Source: Vermamoeba vermiformis
Lineage: Eukaryota
Assembly: GCA_045837725.1 (NCBI GenBank)
Contig: JBEWZL010000220.1
Span: forward strand, 248,001-291,186
Length of the DNA stretch: 43,186 nucleotides
Reading direction: 5' to 3'
This document shows, piece by piece, positions 23,275 to 34,242 of the stretch. Made by a program: the position numbers and the translations under genes. The notes under the pieces were generated by a model, which made no database searches, had not been told where the DNA came from, and worked only from the letters and a program-made list of their open reading frames with translations. Position 1 is the stretch's first letter. Each line of letters starts with the position of its first letter.

Positions 23275-23341
23275 AATATAGTTCTAGTTGTAAATAATAG
23301 CTTTCTAATTTTAATAATTCATTTTGTTTTGTTTTGACTTC

Positions 23342-24267
23342 TTAGCTATTAATTTTTTTAGCGATGCCGATCATGCGAATGTTTTCGGGCTTGGCGTTGT
23401 ATTTGTCCATTAATTCGTTTAATTTGTCCAATATCGGTGTGTAACAGCGCCGTTTTGGAATCTCCCAAGATAACACATAGACGCCCGTCCGAGTCTGTAC
23501 ACTCGTCGTGAATTCTGCACCTCGTTTTTTAAGCTAAATAAATAAAATTACCATCCGTATATGGTATTTTAACGATTATATGATTATTATTTACGTCTTC
23601 CACAGTAGTGTCAAGATCTGCGGGCTGAACCATCGTTCCGGCTTTAATACTCGACTCCCAACCTCTCCTGCATCACATAACCATTTAAAATGAATCAATA
23701 ATTAATTAAAGTATTGTACTATGGCTAATTACCAGTCTAAAATCTCTTTAAATGTCAAATAAGAAATTCCGGTGACTTGAGGCAACGTCGGCTGGTTCCA
23801 GCTAGCTATTAGTTGTGATATATCGTCTGATGCATCAATGGGTGCGCCTCTTAGTGGCGCAATTGAAACGTCATCGGAGCTGGGTAGATTTGGTTAAAAA
23901 GGGTTGAGATCTAATTTTAAAATGAAGAGCGTGCGTAAAATTTAAATAATAATTAAATAAATAAAAATATGTATGATAAATGCAGATTAAATTACTAAAG
24001 TTCTCCCACTGGAAAGAGCAGAATGGCCTCTTTTTTTCTAATAATAATTGAATCTTCTGGGCTTGTATTCCAATATTCTACGCCATTTTCATTTAATAAT
24101 TGGAGCCTTGTAGGGCATTCCCACGATTTTATGATCTTGTTTTGGAGCTCTGTAGGCAATTTGGTCACATCCAATTTACATTCGCTGATTTTTAGTTTAC
24201 ATAATGAGCTGAGTGCGAGAATATTCGGTCTAATCTCTATAAATGCATATATTGTCGTGTTGTTCAT
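23342..24267 (-). CDS. Uncharacterised 4-exon protein resembling a phage/bacterial hypothetical family, with BC-box-like segment
   Basis: Exons splice in frame at GT-AG sites: MNNTTIYAFIEIR...LSSLCKLKI...LPTELQNKI / APLRGAPIDASDDI...ISYLTFKEILDW / ... / PENIRMIG; stop at 23342-23344. Confidence 0.65.
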
Positions 24268-24526
24268 GTGTTTTCCTGTGCAGTATCTGGTGGAGAGTAA
24301 TTTTTTTTTTCAGTCCATTTTTGACCCGAGATCAAGCCCCCACGCCGGGCTTGACCCAATAATTGACACAATTAATCAGTTGAGGTAGTACATATGCATT
24401 ATGAACGTTTTACAGTATGAAAATGATCGGCTTCAAATTAGAGTGAAATTTGTGTTTTCCGGGATTTATTTACAAGTGAGTGTTCGCAGGTATTTAAATA
24501 ATATTAATATTATTATTTAAATAATA

Positions 24527-26959
24527 TTAATACAGTAAGTCTTTTTTCAAAGTAATGAATTTGATCGCTTTGTTAACAGCGTTCTTTGCAGACTGCTCGT
24601 AGAACATATTGAACGCTGCATCAGTGCACTCTCCAATCACTTGCGTCAATTGTTTTCTGACGGGCTCGTTTTTGCCGCTTTTTTCGTTGATATAAACAAC
24701 AGGCTTATCCATCAAGTTCGCTATAATAGTCGCATGCAATCGATCTGTTACGATGATCTTAGCGCGACTGAACAAATTTACGGCAATTTGCAGTCTGTAT
24801 TCGGGCGCAATATCCATATTTTCTTCCTTCTTTTCTTTCAAAATTAATCTATTCGGAAATACTCTCGAATAATTATACCAAACGAATTCTTCGCTGTCCT
24901 GGTACACCGGGTATCCCTTAAAAGGAAAATCCCAAGATTCAGCGTATAGACCTTGTTCTTCAATCGTGCCAAGTAGTGACTTAATATCGCTGTTCGATTG
25001 TGTTCCTTCGTCGTCTCGGCGGAACAACAGCAAGATGTCAATGTACGGCTGCGAGTTCGGGAAGGTAGGACCAATCATCCAAGTCGTGTCAGGCACGTAC
25101 ATCACATTGGCTGTCGTGAAATGTTTCTTCGCGAAATCGATCGATCCTTGGTCTTGCAACAAAATTGTCAATTTTTCGTGTAAATTGAATGCTTCAATTT
25201 GGTCCGCGAGAAGTGTTGGATCTGATGTGCCGTAGTTAATGATATCAGGCATAATCACTACTGGGTTGTATTTAAACATATCGACGACTCTAGTCTTCAG
25301 TCGAGCTCTGTCAGCTGAATCGTCGTTCATTGTTCCGCCGCCAGTCAAGAAAATTGTTCCGTTTCTCATATGCTGATCTCGATACTAGGCACGATCTTGA
25401 TTAGTATAATATTACGGAGTATATATACTTTGGTGTTCAGCTTACTCTCTTCAAGTTCGTGGTGCTATTGAGTTCCCAAGCAGCTTCAAATCGAGCGGGA
25501 AATTGTCCGTACACGTGCCACAACTTCTCTTGTCCGAGCCACACTACGGCGTCGGTAATGTTGTAATTGTACGCGTAGTCCATGGCTGTAAAGTTGGCGT
25601 ATCGGACGATCAACGACGTGACTTGCTTGATGATGTACTGCCGTGTCTTGTGCATGCATTGGTACCGCTGTTCTTGTCGTGCAATCTCCCCGGGAGATAT
25701 GTCGTATTGAATGTCAGTGTAATTGTATCGCGACTCTTCAAACAGATCTGCAAATGGAGATGTTGTCGAATTTGACTTATTCTCTTCGACATTAAACACC
25801 ACGGAATTTATCGTGGATGAGCTGTAACCGACCAATAATAAGAAGGCAAATCCTATGACTGCAACGGTCTTGACATTCGATATAGTGTCGTTTGCACGAG
25901 CCGATTGAATGTTGTTGTGATGACTTTCGTTGACCACGGGAGTTGTCAGGTACGCGCCAGTGATGAACATTGCAGCTGCTATTATCGACTGAGGCGTGAC
26001 TGTAGTGGCGTTCATAGCGACAGATATGACTAAGGCGACGAGTACTAGCAATGCAGAAGTTGTTTCGCGGAAAGAGTGCTTCGGGATCTGATCCGCCAAG
26101 CGGTTTTTGCCGAATAAGAGAGCTCCGACAACCAGGGCTTTTATGGACAAAGATGGCAAAGAATCCGCTGGCAGTTTGACCAAATATAAGCGTTCGCTAT
26201 TATTAACCCATACCAATAAGGATAAGACAAAAGCCACAATTGATCCAAAAATCTCGGATTGGAGATGCGATCTTTCGGCATTGGGATTTCGTCGTTGGGT
26301 ATTGATGGCATTCAAATCGGATGATGCCACGCTCCATATAACAGCAGCAAAGAACGGCAAGCCTCCAAAAGTGAAGTGAGAAGTGTACAGGATGTAGCAT
26401 CCAACCGAAACAATTAAAAATGCGATGCCGTTACGAAGGGTGAACTTGATTTGCGTGGATTTGGCCATAATATTGATGAAGAACATCGACAAAAGCTAAA
26501 AAGATACGAAGGTCAGATTTGGTGTAACGGTATGAGGTACATCCGGATCACAAAACTAAAGTAAAGCTTCGAAATTTATCCGAATGGGACTCATTAATAT
26601 AAGCATCATTAATAAGTCATATTTAACGTTACAAACTCGTGCAAATGTAATTTAAAGTTGGATGAACGTACCTGTACCAGAACGAAGGAAATTAAATTCG
26701 GATCCTTCAGCGCAAAATTTAGAAAAATTATATCTAGAGCTGTATAAGCAACGTGGTGCATGGAGGGCTGAACAGGATGCTCTGCTGAGGTTGTTGGCGT
26801 CATCATCCAAAGTTGCGCCAATCCAAAAACAGCCAAAGTTGCCGAAACCACGATTGATAAGAGCAATGGGGTGGCCATAGTAGATAAGAAATTATAGGAC
26901 AAAAGCAGCCGTCCGACGCCCACGGCAAAAAGAGAACCGAAAGCCAATACTCGATCCAT
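24527..26959 (-). CDS. Polysaccharide pyruvyltransferase-family protein with multi-pass N-terminal membrane domain, copy B (3 exons)
   Basis: Colinear with copy A (MDR..A..SL...GVGR, SE..G..V.F..S.L.WVNN.ERL, RQEQR.QC..KTR, LWH.YGQFP, WDFP..GYP.YQDS, IIVTDRLHA), with the same intron positions. Confidence 0.8.
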
Positions 26960-27534
26960 CCGTTCCGATTACGATAGATACAAATATGAGCTCGGTCAGG
27001 GTTTGGTATTAGTTAATAATATGCTGCTAATACCTGATAAATATAAAAGAAAAATGTTCGGCAATCAGTTTTGGTAATTTGCGTTTTATTAAATTTATTC
27101 GTGGGAAGGAAAAATCACAACGTCAACCGCCATAAGCACTTGAAACCAATGCACAACCTCAATGAGTTAAAACTAACATAAAGCAGGTCACCAAGGCAAT
27201 ACAGCTCTTGAGCAAAAGGCGGCTGAATTTTGACGGAAAGTAGCGCTGGAGTAGCAGATCACTAATCGTTCGCAAGAATAATTCTCGTTGCCATAGAATT
27301 AATTAAGATAGTCGACATATGAAATGCTACTTTCTATTTTTAGTACTACCGGACCAAATTAACGTCTCGTTTTCGGCATGGTGCTAACCATGCGGTATGT
27401 GGTCGATCATTATCGATATAATAATTGCATAATAATATAATAATAACAATTCTGATAAATTTCTCTTAATTAGTTAAAAAAGAAGCCATCGCCGGCACTT
27501 TGTCTAGATCGTTCGTGCATTCCTTATTAACACA

Positions 27535-29254
27535 ATGGGAGATAATTTTGACAATTTCTTAGAACAATTAGAGCCATTTGACGACGTTCAGGTACATAAT
27601 TAATCACCTTGCTTTATCTGTAATTTGATGGCAGATCTGTCAAGTTTGTCGGCTTTGTAAAAGCTCAGTTTCCAATGGTGAAATTAATATTAATTACTAT
27701 AAAATGATGTGCATATCTTATTTTGTTTTCTAATTTAAGAAATTAATTTTAACAGGATGAAGACGGCGAGAATAACTTTACCGGTCAGTTGGGGTGGATA
27801 ATATGCAAATTTTATTATAGAGATCTTATTTATTAACAATATTTGATTAAATCAGGAAGCAATTTTGTTCAAGAAGACGAGATCAAATCCGTTAATCGCT
27901 TCAAAACGCTTGATAACTCACCTCCACCGTTATCCTCGCTTTGTATTGTTAAAATAACCTCATGGATGAACGAGGCTGCCTGTCCTTCTTCCTACGGTCT
28001 TGCCCTCAAAGTCTTCAACAACATCCCACTTGCTCGTGTTCAAAAATTCTATCAACAACGAGTTAAACTGTTGCCAGATGATCTTCAAGCTAAATTAATA
28101 TCGCAGCTCTCATTTACAACGCTCAAATGCATTTACCAAGATTCAATTTGGGACGTGGATCCGATCACCCTTGCCGGAAGGTAAGCTCCACGAATATTTT
28201 GCTTAATAGTGATAAATATTAACATGGTATTCGAATAGTATTAAGCAAGAAGAAGACATGCTTCGTTATTTGTATTGGAAGAATCCTACAGATCCGCTGC
28301 TGAGGGAGTTCGAGAAGACACTCATACTCGACGTGTTCGGCGATAAAAGAATATGGCAACTTTTAAATAGCAAGCACCTCCCGCCTACTAACAATGTACG
28401 AAATATCACTTAGTTATAAGCATTCTAACGGATGTGACTGTAGTTCAAAGACGCACTCGTGCAATCCTACTTGAAAGAATGTTTTAACTACAAGTTCTGC
28501 GGAAAAGATCAATTCATGAAAACTTTTCATGAAATGACGAACGGGTGTCTGAACAAGTTGAATTGGAATAATGTGCTTGTTGTCGGTGGATCCGTTCTTA
28601 AATCACTCCGACACGAGATCAAAAAAATCGGAGAGCCACATTACCGATACGGACAATATAATACGTCTGATATTGATATCTATATTTATGGATTATCAAA
28701 AGAGCAATCACAAGCAAAAGTTGAAGAAATTTACAAATCCGTTTCATTGTGCTGGAAAAAGCCCGTTGGAATTTTCAAAACAGCAAATACGATCACCCTA
28801 GTTTCAGATCACTCTTTTAGAAACATTCAAATTATCCTTAGGTACGTCGTTGAGCTCCTTATGTGAAATCCAGATCTGATTTTTTTGCAGCACTTACGCA
28901 TCCCCTTTGGAAATTTTGTTGGCCTCTGATATGAATTCATGTTCGAGTAAGTATATGAATGATTTTACAATGTAATTGCTTGTAATAACAATAATTTGCA
29001 GTTGGATTTAATGGCAGTACAGTGCTCACAATTCCACGGTAACGCTTATGCGGACTCACTTTTCGACGAATTTTCTGACAAATTATTGCAGGTTTTTGTT
29101 CGGAGCGATGTATGGCTCTAATATGCTCGACAGCAGTACTAAATTTGGAACAAAATTGCGGTGGGAGCGACTTGCTAAGTACTTCCACAGAGGCTACAAC
29201 ATCGTGTCTCCGTTACACATTCGCGTTCATGGCAACGGCTCATTCAGTGCGTGA
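27535..29254 (+). CDS. Pol-beta-superfamily nucleotidyltransferase-like protein; multi-exon; 3' end uncertain (may extend to ~29867)
   Basis: NWNNVLVVGGSVL, SDIDIYIYGL, KTANTITL, RNIQIIL..YASPLEILL..D...C.IGFNG, ERLAKY..RG; N-terminal PPLSSLCIVKI...LPDDLQAKLI. Confidence 0.75.
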
Positions 29255-29966
29255 TACAAATACTAGCTCTAAATTAAGCTTAAAATAGTTGAAATATTCG
29301 CAAAGAATGCCGGATCGCGTTGTTTCTAATAATTTTTTTTTGCAGATTCGGAGGAGCGGATCGACAAAAATATTTCGCAGTCGACTGTAACAATAAAATT
29401 ACGTTTTTCAACATAGAACGACCACACTTATATCTTAAAGTTATATTTCTGTACAAAGTGGTCCCTGAATTGACGGCAATTGATGCGAAGTGCCGTAACT
29501 TTTGGTTGGTAAGCCAGATGCTGGATTTGTTTTTTCTGATCTTCGCATCACAACAAAATTAACGACTAATTCCATCGCGATAAATCATAATATTAATAAT
29601 AGAGTGCCTCGTAAGCAATTACAAGCACTTTTGAATTATTTTGAATTATTTTTTAAAATTAACGCCTCCGATCTGTTCGGCCATTGTGCTGCAACTATTC
29701 GGGTCGTACTTTCGATTTGTAACACTCTTATTAATACAATCTTATTGATAGGTGTGCGACTTCATATTGAGAAGATTTTGTACAGGCGATTTAGGGGACC
29801 CGGACTCTATTGTTTGAGTTTTTTCTGCCATCTTTGTAAACAAATTCCAGTAAATTTCGCACAATAGTGGTGAGTTATTATCACTTTATACATGGCTAAT
29901 GATTACTCAGTTTATTTTTGATGTGTTAGATCCGAACCACACGCGACCTCGAAAAGTGCCTCGGCA

Positions 29967-32904
29967 ATGGCCAAAGTAGTAAACCTTGGTGCCACATGCT
30001 ACATTAGCAGTTCTTTACAGCTATTATTTAGTATTGAAGCTTTCCGTGAGCTTGTTATATCATCAAAACCTACACACAAACTTGCGATTGAATTTCGACA
30101 GATTATCACACTTATGAAGAGTAATAAAACAATTCATATCGAACCATTAACAAGGCTATTGAAAATATCAAAAGCAAGCTACCAAAAAGAACACCGTGAT
30201 TTACAAGAGTTTCTGCTCAATTTATTGGACAAGTTAACTGAAGACTCTGAGTTCAAGCGAATTATAAAGCAAGTTTTTGGTGGTGCCTTACAACGTAATG
30301 GTTCAGAATTAATGGAGCCTTTTATAGGTACAAATGACTGCTGCAACTCGACTTAATTTCAATTGACTTTATAATTTAGATATTTCAATTCCAGTTGCCC
30401 CCGGCAATGTTGTGGACAGTTTAGTTCAACTTTTCAGCAGTGTACATAACATTTGCATAAGACTTGGATTTTAACTTATTCAATGATAAGGACTGGGGTT
30501 CACACAAATTTTTGACATTCCCCACTGCATTAGTCCTCCACCTTAAGCGTTTTGATAATCTGGGCAACAAGAATGAAGCGAAGTTTCACTTCAAGTCAAC
30601 TCTAGTTATTCCAGCAAAGCTCAGTTGTAGTGGTCATGCAGAGACCTACCAACTCAAATCAATAATAGTGCACCAAGGAACTGCTAAACAGGGTCACTAC
30701 GTAACCTACAGCCTTGCGAACAACCAATGGCTTGAACTCAATGATGCAGTCGTCTCAAAGGTAGTCAAAGTATGCCATTTTGCAGGTTCTAACCTCAATG
30801 TAGGCTCCCAAAGACTTCATGCAGAGGTTATTTGAGGGAATTGCAAGTGCTTATATCTTAGTGTACTGCACACAGCGTATTTCATCCCCAACCAAGTCCA
30901 GACCCACACGAATTATTGGAAATGAATCACAGCAATTTAATGATTTTATGGAATGGGACTCAACATCATGTCAAAGTGATCCAATAGAGATATCAGATAG
31001 TGAATATGAAGCAAACGAAAGTGATGATATGAGTGAATCAATTGAAGAAGATAATGAAGAGACATCAGAAGTCGCAAGTCCTGCAGCAGTGAAAGAAGGT
31101 ATTGATTTCTCATTCATTAATCATTTTGATAACCATTACTGGCAGCTAAACTTCAAGCAAAACTGTCTGGGTGGAAAAACGATGGGAGTAAATTCAAGCC
31201 CAAAACTTCTCAACCATTGACAAACCCAGGACCAAAGCACCAGCTCATCTTAACAAAAATTAATGCAATACGTCATCAACTGGGAAAGCCAAAACTGTCT
31301 TCAACACTACGTGTCACAGAGCTTGACTGTTACTTACTTATGATGAATGACATAATTGAACATATTGAAAAAACAACAGATGCAAATCTGCACATCAAAG
31401 CAGTCGATTTGCGCGCTTATCTTGGTGTTAGAATTGCACAACAATTATTGCCAGGTCATTCTGTTGATGACTCTTGGGCCTCCTTTTTGCATTCACGCGC
31501 CATGTGGGGCAACAGGTGGATTGCTAAAACAATGCTAAAAGATGAATTCAAGTTTATACACCGGAACAAAAAGTAAGTTCGTTGTTCACTCACTGTAATG
31601 GTTCTTACCTTTGGTCTTAGGTATGATGTGTACTTTGTTTGGGCAGCTCTGAATCAAACCTACTCAGAAATATGGGTGCCATTCAGCCACCTTGCTTTAG
31701 ATGATAAAGCAAATGCTTGGAAAGGAAGGTCAATTTACAAGATTTACAGATTACGCAAGCCATTCCCTTGGGCAATGTTAGAATATGTCATTATTGATGA
31801 AAGTGGATGGATGTCTGGCTTCATTCCTCGATATGGACTGTTTGCTACCATAACAGACAAGTTCAAGAAATGGCGAGAGTTATATCACGCCTTCAAAACA
31901 GGTCAACTTTCGCAAAGACCTCTACCATTTAAAACAATGTTTCCACGAGCATCAAAGACAAATTTCGATTTGGAAAAAGCCGTCAGTTTTTTATTGTCAA
32001 GACTCCCTGACAAACAAAGGCACGTTTATGACTTTATTAGAGAACCCACAAATTATGAAGAATGGAACAATCTGACAACTCGAAACTTATCACACTATCA
32101 TGTATTTTGTGACAGAGAGTTTTCCTCACTATGGCAGCACCTGCAAAAGCACAATATTGGATACACTGTTGGCATTATTGGAACATCACACCCTAACCTG
32201 TTTCAAAACAACCTTGCTCATTGTTTACAGCCAGGACAATGGCGCAGCTTAACAAACGACTCAGATATCATCATGTCATTCTATGACCCTCAAGGCAAGA
32301 CCTGTCACTGGGCTAGTAATCGAGGAACAGCAGCCTCAATTTCTGAAAAAGTAATTGATGGAAACAAAAAGAAAAAGCTTGCATACTCTGCTCCCCACTT
32401 GGTGCAACAATATCGGACATACTTCAGTTCTGTGGATAAGCATAACTCCAAAGCCAAGAAGTTTAAGTGGCCCTACCGGATTCGAAAAGTAACAGAGCGC
32501 TTAGTATTTGCAGATTGGGAGCGCTCTGCTCAAGTTCAGGCAGAAACACTCTTCAAAAGACTCACCAACAGTGATATTCCTGCCAAGAAATTTCTTGCCA
32601 ATTTAGCGCGCTCCCTGGTAGAGGAATTCCAATCAAAAAGGAAACGAAACTACACAATAGAAGCGTTAGATCTTGTGCGCGCCAGTGGAAAGCATAATCC
32701 ATACACCCACACCTGTGCGTACGAATTTGGCAACTCCAAGCGTTGTTTCTTTTGTCAAACTCAAAAGATATCTTCTTCTACACTGTAAGTATGTGTAGGT
32801 GTACTTTTGTCAAACTAATTAATTGCCTTAGCTACAAGTGCATTCAGTGCAAAGTTGCCTTACACAAGAAGTGCTGGAAGAAATTCAAAGGTGTAAATCT
32901 TTAA
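29967..32904 (+). CDS. USP (peptidase C19) deubiquitinase fused to piggyBac-family DDD transposase with C-terminal Cys-rich domain; 7 exons, ~880 aa
   Basis: Introns 30328-30379, 30442-30490, 30761-30803, 31099-31145, 31573-31620, 32785-32831 give one open frame; USP motifs NLGATCYISSSLQ, LVLHLKRF, HQG...GHY, WLELNDA; piggyBac motifs LALDD...WKGR...Y...KP, VFCDREFSS, YRTYFSSVD; CFFC...CIQCKVALHKKC. Confidence 0.85.
31146..32904 (+). mobile_element. piggyBac-derived transposase region; element ends not identified
   Basis: Three catalytic-Asp motifs and Cys-rich tail; no convincing TTAA-flanked terminal inverted repeats found by eye. Confidence 0.7.
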
Positions 32905-32942
32905 GTTTTGTACAAGGAGTTATCAGTTAACTATTGTGTGAA

Positions 32943-33210
32943 TAGCATGTAACACGTTGTGGTGTAGCATGAGCACGAAAGTGCCTGAGGCGGCTTTGAC
33001 GCAAAAAACCTCGTGTGTAGGCACTGAGAGTTTGGGGATAGTCAGCTTGCTTCAGATTTATTCACATAATCACCTGCTAGGCTAACTGTTAGTAGCATGT
33101 AACACGTTGTGGTGTAGCATGAGCACGAAAGTGCCTGAGGCAGCTTTGACGCAAAAAACCTCGTGTGTAGGCACTGAGAGTTTGGGGATAGTCAGTTTGC
33201 TTCAGATTTA
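32943..33210. repeat. Direct repeat, 2 x 118 bp, period 150 bp
   Basis: 32943-33060 and 33093-33210 differ at two positions (gcggct/gcagct; cagctt/cagttt). Confidence 0.95.
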
Positions 33211-33595
33211 CTCAACAGACGATAGCCTGGGCTACTATTGAGCTTATTTATGAGAAATGGGAGCAGCCATGTCCAAATTCTGGTACGTCTACCGTGTAGA
33301 CTTCCAGTTGGTTAAGGAATATAATTAAAAGATCTGTCAATTTTTTCATCAGATTATTAGTAACTCAAATATGCATCTATTTATTAATGACATAATATTG
33401 GTGATCGATCCTCGATCGTATTAATTTTCCGAATTTTCTTGAATCAAAATTAAATTTCAAAAAATTGGTTTAACGACAATTATTTTAAAGGCGCCATCCT
33501 ATCAGCATACACTATCGCTATAATCAACGATTATATATGCACGCCTCTTCTACATAAGTACTATAAAAAGCCTCGTACTCAGTCGTTAACACCAC

Positions 33596-33817
33596 ATGAA
33601 AGTCGATTATTGTCTTGGACAAGTAAGATCTGTTCGCAAACTCCATAATATGATTTCAAATCAATACTTTAACTATATATCAATAGCATATATTGTTCTT
33701 GGCACGTTCGGCATCGCTGCTGGCAAGATCTGGGGCATCGTGCACGGATTGGGCATAATTGCGCTTATCAGATTCGCATTCAAAACCGCTCGGAAAATCC
33801 GCGAGGGCATTCATTGA
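33596..33817 (+). CDS. Possible small hydrophobic protein (73 aa)
   Basis: TATAAAA about 35 nt upstream of ATG and two hydrophobic stretches; no recognisable homology. Confidence 0.2.
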   Translation: MKVDYCLGQVRSVRKLHNMISNQYFNYISIAYIVLGTFGIAAGKIWGIVHGLGIIALIRFAFKTARKIREGIH

Positions 33818-34242
33818 TAGACACTAGGAGCACTATATACTATACCCAAATATATATTGACGACCACGCTTGTTCTCGAATCCACCTTTTGTTCGACAAT
33901 CCGTATTCATAGCTAATAAGATATTAATGACTTTTGTAATATATGTATAATATTATTTCGTATATAATCAACCTCTGTACGCGTAATTAAGATTCTTAAC
34001 TTTCGCTGGATTCGGCATCCGGTTCGCAGAACGAAAGTAAAATAATACTGCTTTACTATAATACGATTCGTCTGAATATTACAAGGATATTTGTGTCAAC
34101 AGCATCTTGGGTATTAAATCCCCAAGCAAAGAGTCGAGAGATCGAATTGGAATGGTGTTCCAAATCCGCATTGCTACATCCGGTAATAATTTGGCTTGAT
34201 CGACATTGCCTGACTGGTGAATGAGAAATATGGGATTAATTA

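Noticed and set aside
24491-24532. AT-only 19-bp duplication/palindrome at the pyruvyltransferase B stop
   Set aside because: Low-complexity; insufficient to call a virus-type hairpin terminator
32943-33210. Repeat as hammerhead ribozyme or CRISPR-like array
   Set aside because: CTGAGAG and GAAA are present but no consistent three-stem core; only two long units and no cas genes
29559-33589. Candidate piggyBac ends: TTAACGACT/AGTCGTTAA, also TTAATACAATC (29731) versus GATCGTATTAA (~33424)
   Set aside because: Only 5-7 bp match beyond TTAA and no CC-initiated terminus; expected by chance in AT-rich DNA
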